Of a DNA stretch of 64,000 nt, positions 31,591-42,536 are shown piece after piece. Every line of letters starts with the position of its first letter. Position 1 is the stretch's first letter. The DNA is from an uncultured Nitrososphaerales archaeon (GTDB lineage Archaea > Thermoproteota > Nitrososphaeria > Nitrososphaerales > Nitrososphaeraceae), in the NCBI GenBank assembly GCA_963695855.1, contig CAVOHZ010000006.1, positions 32,001-96,000 of the forward strand, in the 5' to 3' direction. The notes below the pieces were generated by a model that had not been told where the DNA came from, ran no database searches, and saw only the letters and a list, made by a program, of their open reading frames with translations. Position numbers and translations under genes: made by a program.

Positions 31591-31875
31591 TTATCCCCCA
31601 CTTATAGGTGGTATTATGGCAATTTCATCATGTGGAGTTACTTTGACATTCTCATTCCGTATCACTTTATTAACGGCAAAAACAAAGTTTATCCCATCCA
31701 TAAAGAGAGAAGGATATAATTCTTCAAGATTTTTTCGGAGTTCTTTCAATGAAATTGGATTATCATTTATAGGAATAATCAGATTATTACTTTTCAATTT
31801 CTCTCTTAAAATTCCAAATAATTTTATCCTTAAAATTCTTTCTTCAGTGAAGTTTTTCATGTTCACTCCGGTCAA
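31591..31875 (-). CDS. moaD: MoaD/ThiS sulfur carrier
   Basis: KLFG.LRE...FAVN...DEIAIIPPISGG, ending in C-terminal GG. Confidence 0.9.
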   Translation of the reverse strand: MTGVNMKNFTEERILRIKLFGILREKLKSNNLIIPINDNPISLKELRKNLEELYPSLFMDGINFVFAVNKVIRNENVKVTPHDEIAIIPPISGG

Positions 31876-31938
31876 TCACCAATTGTCTGCATAAAATTCA
31901 AGGTTCGTCTGGGTTCTAAATATATACATATATTTTAT

Positions 31939-32583
31939 TTACTTTAATTTTGTTAGTTTTTCCATAAAATAGTTGCGCCACCCATCTGGAAGATCTTTAA
32001 CCTTTATCGCGCGATTCATCATCTCGGTATCTCTACCACCATTTGTTTGAAGGCGAACGATATCTCGTATTGTAACTTTATTTTCATCACTTTTTATTAA
32101 TTCAATTTTATCTTCTACCCCAATTTCTCCTTCTTGTGCAACCTTGAAATATATTCCTGAACGTTCACTTGCCATGAACCTACGTATTATATCCATTCTG
32201 CCAAATCTTACAGCAAGTTTATAGCATGGCATGCGAGGTTGTGTAGCAATTACCTTTGCAGATCCGATTTGAAATTGATCACCTATATTGACTAGATCCT
32301 CAAGTAAACCTTCTGTTGTAAGATTTTCTCCAAATGTTCCCCAAGAATATTCAAAATCTTTTATCTCCTTTTTCCAGAACATGTAATGTTCTGATGGGTA
32401 CGAATATACTGCTTTGTCTATGCCACCATGTACCGTCAAATCTGCTTGCTTGTCTCCTTCCAAATTTAGCTTGTAGAGATTGATTCTATGTTTGATTGGA
32501 TTTTTAAAAATAGCCGTAGTAACAATTTCTTTACCAAAATTTACTTTTATTGGAAGTCCGACATTTACAGATATAACCTTCAT
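31939..32583 (-). CDS. MOSC-domain protein (YiiM-like)
   Basis: GDKQADLTVHGG.DKAV, FGENLT, QPRMPCYKL, RSGIYF.V..EG, 3-alpha tail. Confidence 0.88.
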   Translation of the reverse strand: MKVISVNVGLPIKVNFGKEIVTTAIFKNPIKHRINLYKLNLEGDKQADLTVHGGIDKAVYSYPSEHYMFWKKEIKDFEYSWGTFGENLTTEGLLEDLVNIGDQFQIGSAKVIATQPRMPCYKLAVRFGRMDIIRRFMASERSGIYFKVAQEGEIGVEDKIELIKSDENKVTIRDIVRLQTNGGRDTEMMNRAIKVKDLPDGWRNYFMEKLTKLK

Positions 32584-32711
32584 CTACTAATTGTTGAAGC
32601 CAATAAAAGATATAAGCATATTTGTAGTATCAAATCAAAAACGCGGGAAAAATGAATTTTTAAAGTTCATAATAAATAAATAAATAATATTATGCGATTC
32701 TTTTATTCATA

Positions 32712-32927
32712 TTGACAATTAGTTTAGTGTGTAAAGAAACTGGGTTGGATTGTACCTTCGTCATTTCTGGAGATACTATAGAAGAATTTATGACAAACGG
32801 TGCTCTACACATAGAAAGGGACCATGGAATGCATCCGGATGATTTTTGTTTTAAAGAGATACCCGGTATTTTTCTATGTCAAGTTTTTGGAAAATTAAAC
32901 AATATTAGAACTAACCCTGCCAAATGA
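32712..32927 (+). CDS. DUF1059-like small metal-binding protein
   Basis: C..TG.DC.F...G.T.EE......H....HG pattern. Confidence 0.7.
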   Translation: MTISLVCKETGLDCTFVISGDTIEEFMTNGALHIERDHGMHPDDFCFKEIPGIFLCQVFGKLNNIRTNPAK

Positions 32928-33142
32928 TATCGCTTAAATTTTCGAAAGGAGTAAATATGTTCTATTCTTATAGTATTTTAGTCTTCAACTTCACTTAATT
33001 TTATTTTTAATTTAGCAAATTTTACTAAATTCGAGATGTTGATCTGAGGGAGAATCGAAACAAACATAAAAAAATTTGAATATTCTAGTGAATATCGTTT
33101 TGACATTCAGTGCTGTTGGAGAGATAAGAAAAACCAGGGTTG

Positions 33143-33544
33143 CTATCTTTCATTTTTTATTGGTTGAGCAAATGATAGTTCATGTCCATCAGGATCAATT
33201 ATATGAAAATATCTCTCTCCCCAGTTAGAATCTTTAGGTTCATCTTCAATTTCAATAATTTTGGAGATAGTTGAATCATTTTTAAAGAAATCATAGAGTT
33301 TATCAACGTCCTCAGAAAAAATTATTATTCTTCCAAAATTTTTGCTTTTGAACTCGCTAGAAAACTCCAAATTAATGTGAGATCTTGAGCCGCTGTCCCT
33401 ATCAGTCATTTCAAAAGAAGTAAATGTACTATCTGGATTTCCTCCATAAGATAATTTTAGACCAGGAATTCTTGAATAGAAAACACATGCTCTGTCCATA
33501 TTTCTCACTTTTAGGGTAACAGCGGCAATTTTTTGAATTTTCAT
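33143..33544 (-). CDS. VOC/glyoxalase family protein
   Basis: VTL.V.NM..A..FY, DVD.LY, P.D..WGERYFHIIDPDGHELSF. Confidence 0.88.
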   Translation of the reverse strand: MKIQKIAAVTLKVRNMDRACVFYSRIPGLKLSYGGNPDSTFTSFEMTDRDSGSRSHINLEFSSEFKSKNFGRIIIFSEDVDKLYDFFKNDSTISKIIEIEDEPKDSNWGERYFHIIDPDGHELSFAQPIKNER

Positions 33545-33692
33545 AATTTTTTTATGTTTGTTTTTCGATCTATTATATATTTAATTTATACAAAAAATCT
33601 ATATTTTTTTTATGTAAAAATGTGTACATAATATTAAACAGCATAAATCTTACTAACTATTAATATACATTAAAAATGTACTATGTAATAGT

Positions 33693-33911
33693 ATGGGAGT
33701 AATCTTATGGATAATTGCAATTGTATTATTTTTAGCTATTATAGGTTTAGGTTGGGAAACATTTTTTACTGGAGTTGTCAAGGGTGCCGACAAGATAGGC
33801 ATTACCCCAATAATTAAAAATATTACGGATAGTACGAGAGGTACCATCAACGAGGTATTCTCCAATTCTTCACAAGCCACCATTGAAAATACCTTGACCT
33901 TTAATAGCTAG
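33693..33911 (+). CDS. Small membrane protein, hypothetical
   Basis: N-terminal TM followed by LGWETFFTGV.KG. Confidence 0.6.
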   Translation: MGVILWIIAIVLFLAIIGLGWETFFTGVVKGADKIGITPIIKNITDSTRGTINEVFSNSSQATIENTLTFNS

Positions 33912-34029
33912 TAATGCATATACCAGTTTATGGGACTACAAAAAATCTTTTAGAGTTATTTATTATCAACTTGTTATTAGCATAATCTTTTAGTTTCATT
34001 TATTTTTAAATAATAAATTCCCCTTTTGC

Positions 34030-36627
34030 CTAAACAAAAGTTCGATATACATCTTCAATAGCAACCAACTCTTCTGTTGTTTCGTTATTTTTCAGTCGGC
34101 CTAATATCTCCAAAGCTGCTTTTTTATGTAAATATTCATTGTTATTTCCGCATCTATACGAATAGGTGCATCTTGGACAACCATCCTCATTCTCGCACGG
34201 ACATTCATTTATGATGTTATGTGCACGTATTACTGCCTGTTCAAATCTATCATACAGGCTCTTACTTGCACCATTTCCTCCAATGCTTCCATCATGAACA
34301 ACAATAATTCCTGAATTGCCTAGTGAAATTCCCCCTAAATCTTGTGATGCGCCGCCAGTTATCATCGAACTTCCTTCTATAATTACATGTTCTGTAGCAT
34401 GATACCCGCTTGTTTCTACCAATTCCTTGTCCCTTATTTGTTCCAAGATTGTTAAGGGTCTGGGAGCTTTAAATATAAAACCTTTAGTAACATATTCAAA
34501 AATTTCTGGATTTTCAAATAATACTTTTTTACCTTGATTTATTTCTTTTCCAATTTCTATATTTGAGTATCCAGTTACTCTTTTTAGGATTTTTAGTAAA
34601 CAATACTTTAATTGTATTCCATATACATTCTTTTGTTCAATAATTTCAAGAATTTCTGGGATCTCTTCTACCATTGCTTTAGTGTAATATGGATAATTCG
34701 AAGGAATCATTTCAACTTCAGCAAAACTTCTTTCTGATCTATTGTCTAAAACGAATATATCTACCTTGTATCTTTTTCCAGCTATGAAATATATTGCATC
34801 CTTATGTAATTCTTCTAGCGCATACGGTAAATTCCTATACCCAACTACTTTACCATCAAAAATGATGTCAATTTCTTTTCCTGTACCTCTTATACTGTAG
34901 TTTTTTAATTTTAAAAACGATTTACTGTTTGTGATATATCTGTCATCTTTTAGATCTATCAATCCTTCTTTTACTAACCGTTTTATTGCTTCTGACATTT
35001 TTTTTGATTCCGATAAAGAGATTGGTCGATCAGAACACATTGCTAAAATCTGATTTTCTTCAATTATAGGGTTGTGTGGATCAATATAAGGATATTCATA
35101 GTCACAAAAATAATCCTCAGGGTGATTCTTATAATACTGACTTATTGGATCATTTCCCAGTGTAAGAAAAGCAAATCCCTCTTGTCCACTTCTAGCAGCT
35201 CTTCCTAATCTCTGTAATAATCTGTTAATGGGAACAAGATTAGATATTACTGAATCTACATCCCCTATGTCTATTCCTAATTCTAATGTTGGTGTGGAGG
35301 ATAAGACATCCAATTTGCCGGATCTGAAAGAATTCTCCATGATTTTCCTAACCTTTGGTAAAAGACCAGCCCTATGTACTCCTATTTTTATCCCTAATCT
35401 TGAGGAATTGAATGCCAAAAGTTCAGCGGAAATATGAGAATTACTAAAGACTAAAGTTTTATGTTTTTTTGATATTTTTCTTATAAGGTCCAATCTTAAA
35501 GACCTATTTGACCTTAAAGATGGATAAATAATTGAAAAATTTATCACACCTTTTCTTCCAGTCCCTTTGATAATTTCCATTTTTCTGTCAAATAACTGGT
35601 TACAAAATTCATTAGCGTTAGGCAATGTTGCTGAACAAGCTATTATCTGCAATTTTTCTTTACTTGATAATATTCTTTCAAGTCTCTTTATTATAAAGTA
35701 GATATTTGACCCAAAAACACCATTATATGTATGGACTTCATCTACAACCAGGAATTTTATAGTTTTAAATAGATTTACAAATCTAGTTTTATTTAAGAGA
35801 TGGTAATGCATCATATCAAAATTAGTTATTAAGATCTCTGGAGGCTGATCATAAATTGCCTGTTTTTCGGATTCATCAAGGTCTCCATCAAATATTTTTG
35901 ATTCGATATCAAGTTCATTTGCATAGTAATTTATTTTCTGAAACTGGTCTCTTCCAAGCGCTTTTGTAGGATAAACAAATATCGCTGAAACTTTATTGGC
36001 GGGCAGATTGGTATCTTTTTTTATTTTTTTTAAAAAAATTTTCTCATGATTACCTTTCAAAAGATTATCATCATAAATTTTTTGAATAACAGGAAGACAG
36101 AAGGATTCAGTTTTCCCTGAGGCGGTTGGCGCAATTATAACAATATCTTTTCCCCGAAGAATTTTTACGATAGCATCCTCCTGAAATTTAAATAGTTTAT
36201 TTATATCTTTTTTACGAAGTTGTTCTAATAAAATGTCACATAACGGTAATTCCTCTAATTCTTTTCCATCTTGAATGTCTGAATCTATAAGTTTTCTTAT
36301 GTCTACAATGTAGTCAGTTTCAGAATTCAAGATGTTGTTTATTAATTCATTGGTAAAATTATTTTTTTCAATCATTTCTTTGATCTCATTTTTTGATCTA
36401 ACCAGTTTTTCCTGTTCAAGAATTGCTTTAAAATCTTTCATTAAAGTAACTGAACCAGTATCAAACCGTTCCAAGAAATCTAGGTATGTCTCGTCTAAAT
36501 CTACATTAAATGGAATAACGCAGCAAACATCACATTTTTCACAGATAAACAATATTCTTCCATCAAAAATCCTCTCTGTTTTGATTGAATTAATTGTGGA
36601 ACAATTGGGACATCGATATTTATTCAC
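34030..36627 (-). CDS. SF2 DEAH helicase with DUF1998 Zn domain (Hrq1/SftH/MrfA-like) and N-terminal Zn ribbon
   Basis: APTASGKT, YPTKAL, DEVH, SAT, TPTLELGIDIG, QRLGRAAR, C-terminal CPC...GCPRC; N-terminal CPNC...CEKC. Confidence 0.9.
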   Translation of the reverse strand: MNKYRCPNCSTINSIKTERIFDGRILFICEKCDVCCVIPFNVDLDETYLDFLERFDTGSVTLMKDFKAILEQEKLVRSKNEIKEMIEKNNFTNELINNILNSETDYIVDIRKLIDSDIQDGKELEELPLCDILLEQLRKKDINKLFKFQEDAIVKILRGKDIVIIAPTASGKTESFCLPVIQKIYDDNLLKGNHEKIFLKKIKKDTNLPANKVSAIFVYPTKALGRDQFQKINYYANELDIESKIFDGDLDESEKQAIYDQPPEILITNFDMMHYHLLNKTRFVNLFKTIKFLVVDEVHTYNGVFGSNIYFIIKRLERILSSKEKLQIIACSATLPNANEFCNQLFDRKMEIIKGTGRKGVINFSIIYPSLRSNRSLRLDLIRKISKKHKTLVFSNSHISAELLAFNSSRLGIKIGVHRAGLLPKVRKIMENSFRSGKLDVLSSTPTLELGIDIGDVDSVISNLVPINRLLQRLGRAARSGQEGFAFLTLGNDPISQYYKNHPEDYFCDYEYPYIDPHNPIIEENQILAMCSDRPISLSESKKMSEAIKRLVKEGLIDLKDDRYITNSKSFLKLKNYSIRGTGKEIDIIFDGKVVGYRNLPYALEELHKDAIYFIAGKRYKVDIFVLDNRSERSFAEVEMIPSNYPYYTKAMVEEIPEILEIIEQKNVYGIQLKYCLLKILKRVTGYSNIEIGKEINQGKKVLFENPEIFEYVTKGFIFKAPRPLTILEQIRDKELVETSGYHATEHVIIEGSSMITGGASQDLGGISLGNSGIIVVHDGSIGGNGASKSLYDRFEQAVIRAHNIINECPCENEDGCPRCTYSYRCGNNNEYLHKKAALEILGRLKNNETTEELVAIEDVYRTFV

Positions 36628-36731
36628 TAATTTAACACATAAACTATCTGGTAAATCTATTATTTTATTTTTTATTGATAATATTCGTAATGATAAATAA
36701 AATAAGGAAAAATGTAAAATGCGTTATTATT

Positions 36732-36893
36732 ATGAATGATAGGAATTACCAAAAGAAAAAAAATATAGTCGAGAAATTCATAAAGAAAAATAAGACCATT
36801 GATCATTCAAAAATCTTAAACGAAATAGATGTAGATTATGATACCTTGATGAGGATATTGTCAGATCTAAGGAGCGAGGGTAAAGTAAGCTGA
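36732..36893 (+). CDS. Small HTH-like hypothetical protein
   Basis: DHSKILNEIDVDYDTLMRILSDL; divergent from the helicase. Confidence 0.55.
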   Translation: MNDRNYQKKKNIVEKFIKKNKTIDHSKILNEIDVDYDTLMRILSDLRSEGKVS

Positions 36894-37021
36894 TATAAAT
36901 TTCATAGTTACCTATACAAGGAAAACAACCAAACCAAAAAACCTATAATATTTTGTCTGCCAATTTTTGAATATCATTTTTAATATTGATTCTACTTTAG
37001 GTGACTCTATTGGTGGTGCAA

Positions 37022-37798
37022 TCACTTAAATGATGATCTTACTATAGGATTGACAAAATAAGGAAATGTATGTTTGAGCCAAACTGCAGATCGCGCAAAA
37101 AAAGGAACAACTATTTCAAGTCTTTGTGAGTTGCTAGCCTGCATGACAGCTTTGGATACTTTTTTAGGATCAAGAACATATCCTATTTTATGGGGCATTT
37201 TCCCCTTAAATGAATCGTTATCAAAAAAGTTAGTTCTAACCGCTACTGGACTAACAACTGTAATTCCAACTCCCGTACCTTTTAATTCATGATATAGAGA
37301 TTCTGAAAAACCTAACATCGCAAATTTTGACCCGCAGTAAGCTGCCATTCCAGGTATGCCAAAACTAGCGGCTAATGATGCCACATTTACAATATGTCCA
37401 GATCCATTTTTGATCATCGAAGTGAGAAATACCTTGGTACAGTATATCATACCCAAATAATTTGTAAATGTTACTTGTTCAATTTCTTCTAAGGTCTGTT
37501 CCAAAACTGTTCCATATCGTCCAAATCCTGCGTTGTTTACAAGAATATCTACATGATTGTATTTCTCTTCTATCTCCTTTCCCATTTCGATGACTTCATT
37601 TTTTTTTGAGATGTCACAGGGATAAATTCTGGTTTCACATTTTGGGTTTAGTAATTTTTCTACTCTCTCTAGATTGGTTTTTGATCGAGATACTAAAACT
37701 ATAGTTTCTACACCATTGTTTGAAAAGTCGATTGCTACTTGTTTTCCAATTCCAGACGATGCACCTGTAACAATAACTTTCTTATCTTTGAAATACAT
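37022..37798 (-). CDS. Short-chain dehydrogenase/reductase
   Basis: TGASSGIG, NNAG, YCGSK (YxxxK). Confidence 0.92.
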   Translation of the reverse strand: MYFKDKKVIVTGASSGIGKQVAIDFSNNGVETIVLVSRSKTNLERVEKLLNPKCETRIYPCDISKKNEVIEMGKEIEEKYNHVDILVNNAGFGRYGTVLEQTLEEIEQVTFTNYLGMIYCTKVFLTSMIKNGSGHIVNVASLAASFGIPGMAAYCGSKFAMLGFSESLYHELKGTGVGITVVSPVAVRTNFFDNDSFKGKMPHKIGYVLDPKKVSKAVMQASNSQRLEIVVPFFARSAVWLKHTFPYFVNPIVRSSFK

Positions 37799-38110
37799 CT
37801 ATATTAACACTATAAATAAACTATTAAAAAGTCTTGAATCTTTAAATTCTGGTTCATAATTTTAATAGTTGTTTAGATGAGATCTTTATTAATGAATCAC
37901 TATTATTTATATAATTATCGTATAATGAAATGAACTTTTTGTAAGGAGACAGATTGTACTCTAATGACTTGCTTCTTGAACAATCTTAACAAATATAGTT
38001 TTAAAGGATCGTTTCTTATGGTAATATTACACTACTATTATCTTGGGTTAGATAACCATAAAAAGAACCCAAAAAACTAAAATATTATCATTATAATCTA
38101 ATATCAGGAA

Positions 38111-39355
38111 TTGCTATTGTTAGATGAAAATAAGCCTACAGACGAGGATGATTCTCCTTCCTTAGAAGGCACTGGTGATGATGCTGAAGATATAACTAAA
38201 ATTCCTAGTTCATCTGTCACTGGATCTGTCGGTGTATCTGTCAGTGGGCCGAATAATGGAGAAAGAGAGGAATACATGAGGGCTTTAAGACATCTGGATA
38301 AGCTTTTAGCATTTAATCCTAGTGACCCTGGAACATATTTTGATAAAGGATTTATCTTAGAAATTCTTGAGAAATTTGAAGATGCAATAAAATCCTTTGA
38401 TCATGCATTAAAAATAAAACCCAATTATTTTCAAGCCCTATATAGAAAAGGTTTAGTATTATCTCGCCTGCAGAATTATGATGATGCAATAAAATGCTTT
38501 GACCAAGCCTTAGAAATAAAACCAGACGACATCAATGTATTAAATAATAAAGGTTCTACATTTAATAAAATGGGTTTGTATAAAGAAGCTTCAAATATAT
38601 ATGACGAATCTCTGAAGGTAAAACCAGATGATATTACTGCGTTAAACAACAAAGGAGTTGCCTTAATAAGCCTGAACAAGATTCACGAAGCAATAGACTC
38701 TTATGATAAGGCACTAAGTGTAAAACCCAACGATATTACCGCATTAACTAACAAAGGAATTGCACTGGCATCACTTGGAAGATACGATGATGCAATATAT
38801 TATTATGATATGGCTCTGAACGTAAAACCCAACGATATTACCGCATTAACTAACAAGGGAGTTGCCCTGTCGTCACTTGGAAGATACGATGATGCAATAT
38901 ATTATTATGATTCTGCGTTATCTTTTGATTCTAACTCTGCTAATCTTTATTTTAATAAAGGTCTAGCTTTGACTCATGCTGGAAATCATTCCGAAGCAAT
39001 ACAATGCTATGACATGGCAATTAGTATAAAGAATGACTATATAGATGCATATTATAACAAAGCGATATCTTTATCAGAACTTGGCAGGTTTGAAGAAGCG
39101 ATAAGATCCTATGATCAAGTCTTGTATATATCATATGATTATGTATATGCTTATTATGGAAAAGGATATTCGTTGGATTGCTTAGAACGATATGAAGAAG
39201 CTATTCAATGTTATGACGAAGCAATTAGAATCGAACCCGCTTATCTACATGCTTATTATCGTAAGGCAGAGGGCCTTGGAAAACTAGGAAAAGCTGATGA
39301 AGCCGATAAAATAATTAAAAGGGCTAAAGAAATAGAGTCAAGGGAGTCTAATTGA
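38111..39355 (+). CDS. Tetratricopeptide-repeat protein
   Basis: About 10 consecutive 34-aa repeats; two adjacent repeats are near-identical at the DNA level (38720 and 38822, 102-bp period). Confidence 0.92.
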   Translation: MLLLDENKPTDEDDSPSLEGTGDDAEDITKIPSSSVTGSVGVSVSGPNNGEREEYMRALRHLDKLLAFNPSDPGTYFDKGFILEILEKFEDAIKSFDHALKIKPNYFQALYRKGLVLSRLQNYDDAIKCFDQALEIKPDDINVLNNKGSTFNKMGLYKEASNIYDESLKVKPDDITALNNKGVALISLNKIHEAIDSYDKALSVKPNDITALTNKGIALASLGRYDDAIYYYDMALNVKPNDITALTNKGVALSSLGRYDDAIYYYDSALSFDSNSANLYFNKGLALTHAGNHSEAIQCYDMAISIKNDYIDAYYNKAISLSELGRFEEAIRSYDQVLYISYDYVYAYYGKGYSLDCLERYEEAIQCYDEAIRIEPAYLHAYYRKAEGLGKLGKADEADKIIKRAKEIESRESN

Positions 39356-39469
39356 TAACCTTTCAATCCCAAATACGGCATCTTATTTTCTTTTCTCTTT
39401 AAATAAAATGATTGAAATTATACTGCATACTATATAATGCATTATCAACTAATATCAGATTTCTTACAG

Positions 39470-40063
39470 CTATTTTACTTCAATTTTATACTCGTATTTT
39501 AGTGGTTGTGGCAAAAAGGTATTGTCAAAATCTATTCCAGTAATTTCAGCCACCAATCTGTATTCTCCGGTGCTACTAAAAATGGGACCTTCTATCTTTA
39601 TAGGACTACCAAAGTCAGAAACATAGCTTGCTGCTAGGGTATCATAATTTGCGCTAACATGGTATCTTTCTATATTGTTATTGATGAATTCAATGTTGAT
39701 ATCGCCATTATGTCCGTGAAGATTTTCAATCATTAAATTTTTATTTTTGTCATCGTAGATGCTTATAATGTATGTAACATGTGGAATATTGTTTCCTGTT
39801 TTATTGTCTATCAGTGCTAAACTGACTTTTCCTTTTTCCGATACTGTGAATGTGGGATTATTGAATTTTAAAAAAAGTTCTCTATCTCCTATAATTGAAG
39901 GAGGTAAATTATGACCATCACCTCCACCACCATGCATTTGTCCAAAAACATCATTAAAGAATCCTGGATAATTGATTAATATTGAATTTATCACTATTGT
40001 AAGAGTAACCGTGAACATGATCCTACTGAAACTCGATTTTTTTAAATCTAAGAGCTCATTCAT
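39470..40063 (-). CDS. Secreted/membrane-anchored hypothetical protein with His motifs
   Basis: N-terminal TM; HGGGGDGH.LPP, PHVTY, LHGH.G, GPIF...G.Y. Confidence 0.65.
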   Translation of the reverse strand: MNELLDLKKSSFSRIMFTVTLTIVINSILINYPGFFNDVFGQMHGGGGDGHNLPPSIIGDRELFLKFNNPTFTVSEKGKVSLALIDNKTGNNIPHVTYIISIYDDKNKNLMIENLHGHNGDINIEFINNNIERYHVSANYDTLAASYVSDFGSPIKIEGPIFSSTGEYRLVAEITGIDFDNTFLPQPLKYEYKIEVK

Positions 40064-40221
40064 TCTCTAAAAAATCCATATTACTGTGAATATTTATACT
40101 TTAAACTAAAATAACAAAAAATAGAGCTGAATCTATGATCTTGGTTATCTCTGGTTAGTCATTTTTCTGCTTAAATACAAAGTATGAAAAAAATTTATAC
40201 ATTTGAGTTCATATATTAACA

Positions 40222-41292
40222 TTGGTCATTGATACCATAAGAACAATAAAGCTTTTAGGAAAATGGTCCACAAATAGAGTTATCGGAAAGAAACGTCCTC
40301 TAATAGCCGTCTTTAGTCTTACGCATTATTGTAATTTTTATTGTCCAATGTGTCCTTTTGGGGATCCTGATAAAATGAGTCAAATTAAGATCGCCAAACG
40401 AGACGATCTGTCTACTGAACAATGGAAAATAATTTTCGATAAAGTTTCAAAATATTGTATCTGGTCAATTATTGAAGGAGGTGAACCTACAAGTAGACCT
40501 GATTTTATGGAATTAGTTGTATATTTGTATAAATTGAGTATGCCCATCACTTTGATAACTAATTGTTCTTTATTGCATCAAATTGATTTGCTCGAATTAA
40601 AGAAATATATCCAATTTATAACTTGCAGTATCGATTCTGTATATCAAGATTCTTATTGTAAAGTAAGAGGTGTGTCGCAAGATGTTTTTGCTAGAGTCAT
40701 GAAAAATCTCCTCCTTCTTAAACATCATAATATACCTCATTATTTCAATTCGGTAATTACTAAATACAATACTGACGAATTTATCAACCAATCTTATTTT
40801 GAAAAAGCGAAAGAACTTGGTTCGAATGCAGTTTCACTCACATTTGTCGAGGATAGGTCTGATGTAGATTATTCTCTCCTGCCAGACCGTAAAACCATTG
40901 TCTCCATTTGTGAAAGTATTATTGACTATAGTAAGAAACATACCAGTCCAAAAATAATGATACCCATGGAATATTTTGAACAAATAATTGAACACGGTAG
41001 GGGAATATATGATGAATGTGGTGTTTGGAAAAGCATCTTTGTGAATGGGAATGGAACCGTACTAGTTCCGTGTTGGAAATATAACTCTCCTTCGAATACA
41101 TATAATTTGTTAGAGCAAAGTGTAGAGGAAGTGTGGGAATCTCCTCAATGGGATATTGCAAGAACCTGTAAGGATTGCAAGGTATTGGGTTGTATTTGGT
41201 ATTCATCACAACCAATCACCACCTTTGCAAAAAACTATATGAGAGGAATGTCAAATCTTATCAATCAAGAGAAATATGGAGCACTTCATTAA
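40222..41292 (+). CDS. Radical SAM protein with a C-terminal Cys-rich (SPASM/twitch-like) region
   Basis: CNFYCPMC (CxxxCxxC), EGGEP, C...NG...PC...CKDC...C. Confidence 0.88.
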   Translation: MVIDTIRTIKLLGKWSTNRVIGKKRPLIAVFSLTHYCNFYCPMCPFGDPDKMSQIKIAKRDDLSTEQWKIIFDKVSKYCIWSIIEGGEPTSRPDFMELVVYLYKLSMPITLITNCSLLHQIDLLELKKYIQFITCSIDSVYQDSYCKVRGVSQDVFARVMKNLLLLKHHNIPHYFNSVITKYNTDEFINQSYFEKAKELGSNAVSLTFVEDRSDVDYSLLPDRKTIVSICESIIDYSKKHTSPKIMIPMEYFEQIIEHGRGIYDECGVWKSIFVNGNGTVLVPCWKYNSPSNTYNLLEQSVEEVWESPQWDIARTCKDCKVLGCIWYSSQPITTFAKNYMRGMSNLINQEKYGALH

Positions 41293-41532
41293 ATTCAGAG
41301 ATATGTTGAATTATTACCATAGTATTAGACAGTAATTGATAGCATCTTCTAACAAATCATTTTATAATATGATATAACAATATTCGGAAGTATTTGTTAT
41401 CTTTATCTTAAGTAATAATGTATATACTAATGTGTCTACTGACGTAAATTCCATATTATAGATCCATAAATCTATTCTTAAATTATATTAAATAGAATTT
41501 GACAAGGTAATTAAAATTTACTTACTCTAAAA

Positions 41533-41567
41533 TGGGATAAGCCATAGTTATAAAATGGCTTATCCCA
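41533..41567. repeat. 13-bp perfect inverted repeat (hairpin, 9-nt loop)
   Basis: tgggataagccat-agttataaa-atggcttatccca. Confidence 0.85.
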
Positions 41568-42125
41568 ATGTGATGACTCGGTTGGTATGTGAATCATAGA
41601 CTGGGTGAGATCGAGAATATGTTCTCGAATATCAAATGGAAGTAATATTATTTAATAATTTTTGTCATTCGGTTAGAAGTGGTGTGAACCCTTTCTTCCT
41701 CAAATTTTTTCGGCGCCGAAAAATTTTATTTATCGATCAATATTTCATTTTGACATCTTGATCAAAAAGGGATAAAAAATAGTTATTTTGAATGTTTGAC
41801 TTTGTTATGATGTAAGGAGACTTTTTTTCATAGCTTTATCATCATCATCATACAAGTCTTCTGTATTCTTATTTTTCATTATTTGAATATAAACTATCTT
41901 TTTGAGTATTTTAAATTTATTCCCATAAAAATTTACAAATAAACCTTTCAATTTAAACTATGTATCTCTATATTCAGCCACTAAAACTACATGCCTTTCA
42001 GTTGAGAAACATTTGCCAAAATAGGTCTTGACATCTAACAAATATGATTTGTAGATAATACCCTAATAATTTTATCTGCTTAAATTTCGTATACAATTTG
42101 AACTTTCTCTTTTTATCTCTTCCTC

Positions 42126-42536
42126 TTACAAACCCCACTCGCTCTTTTTTTTAATATGAACTTTTACAAAAGGCGCTTCATTTTCCTTCCAAGGATCTTT
42201 ATTCACCCAAGTAAATTTTTTTTCAAAAATATCATAAATATTTTTGAATTCCTCTCCTTTCTCAATAATTGAACCAAGTCCTTGTATAAATAGAGCCTTA
42301 TTTCCATTGGTCTTATCATATACATCGATAATTATTGATATTCGATTATTTTTAAGAATATTTTTATATTTTTTAGTTTGATAATCTGTTGCAAAAAATA
42401 TGCAATTATTCCAAAAAATATAACACACAGGAACAACATGGGGAATATCGTTGTATGATGTAGCTACCCTGCAAATTTCGTTATTTTGCAAAAATTTTAT
42501 TTCTTTATTAGATAGTTTGATTCCTTCGTTTTCCAC
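42126..42536 (-). CDS. Pyridoxamine 5'-phosphate oxidase-like flavin/F420-binding split-barrel protein
   Basis: RVAT....PHVVPV, T...TKK.KN...N.R.S..ID, C-terminal WGL. Confidence 0.82.
   Translation of the reverse strand: MENEGIKLSNKEIKFLQNNEICRVATSYNDIPHVVPVCYIFWNNCIFFATDYQTKKYKNILKNNRISIIIDVYDKTNGNKALFIQGLGSIIEKGEEFKNIYDIFEKKFTWVNKDPWKENEAPFVKVHIKKKSEWGL

Noticed and set aside
34030-36627. DUF1998 helicase as a DISARM/Druantia defence system
   Set aside because: No methylase, PLD nuclease or other partners nearby; fits a stand-alone repair helicase
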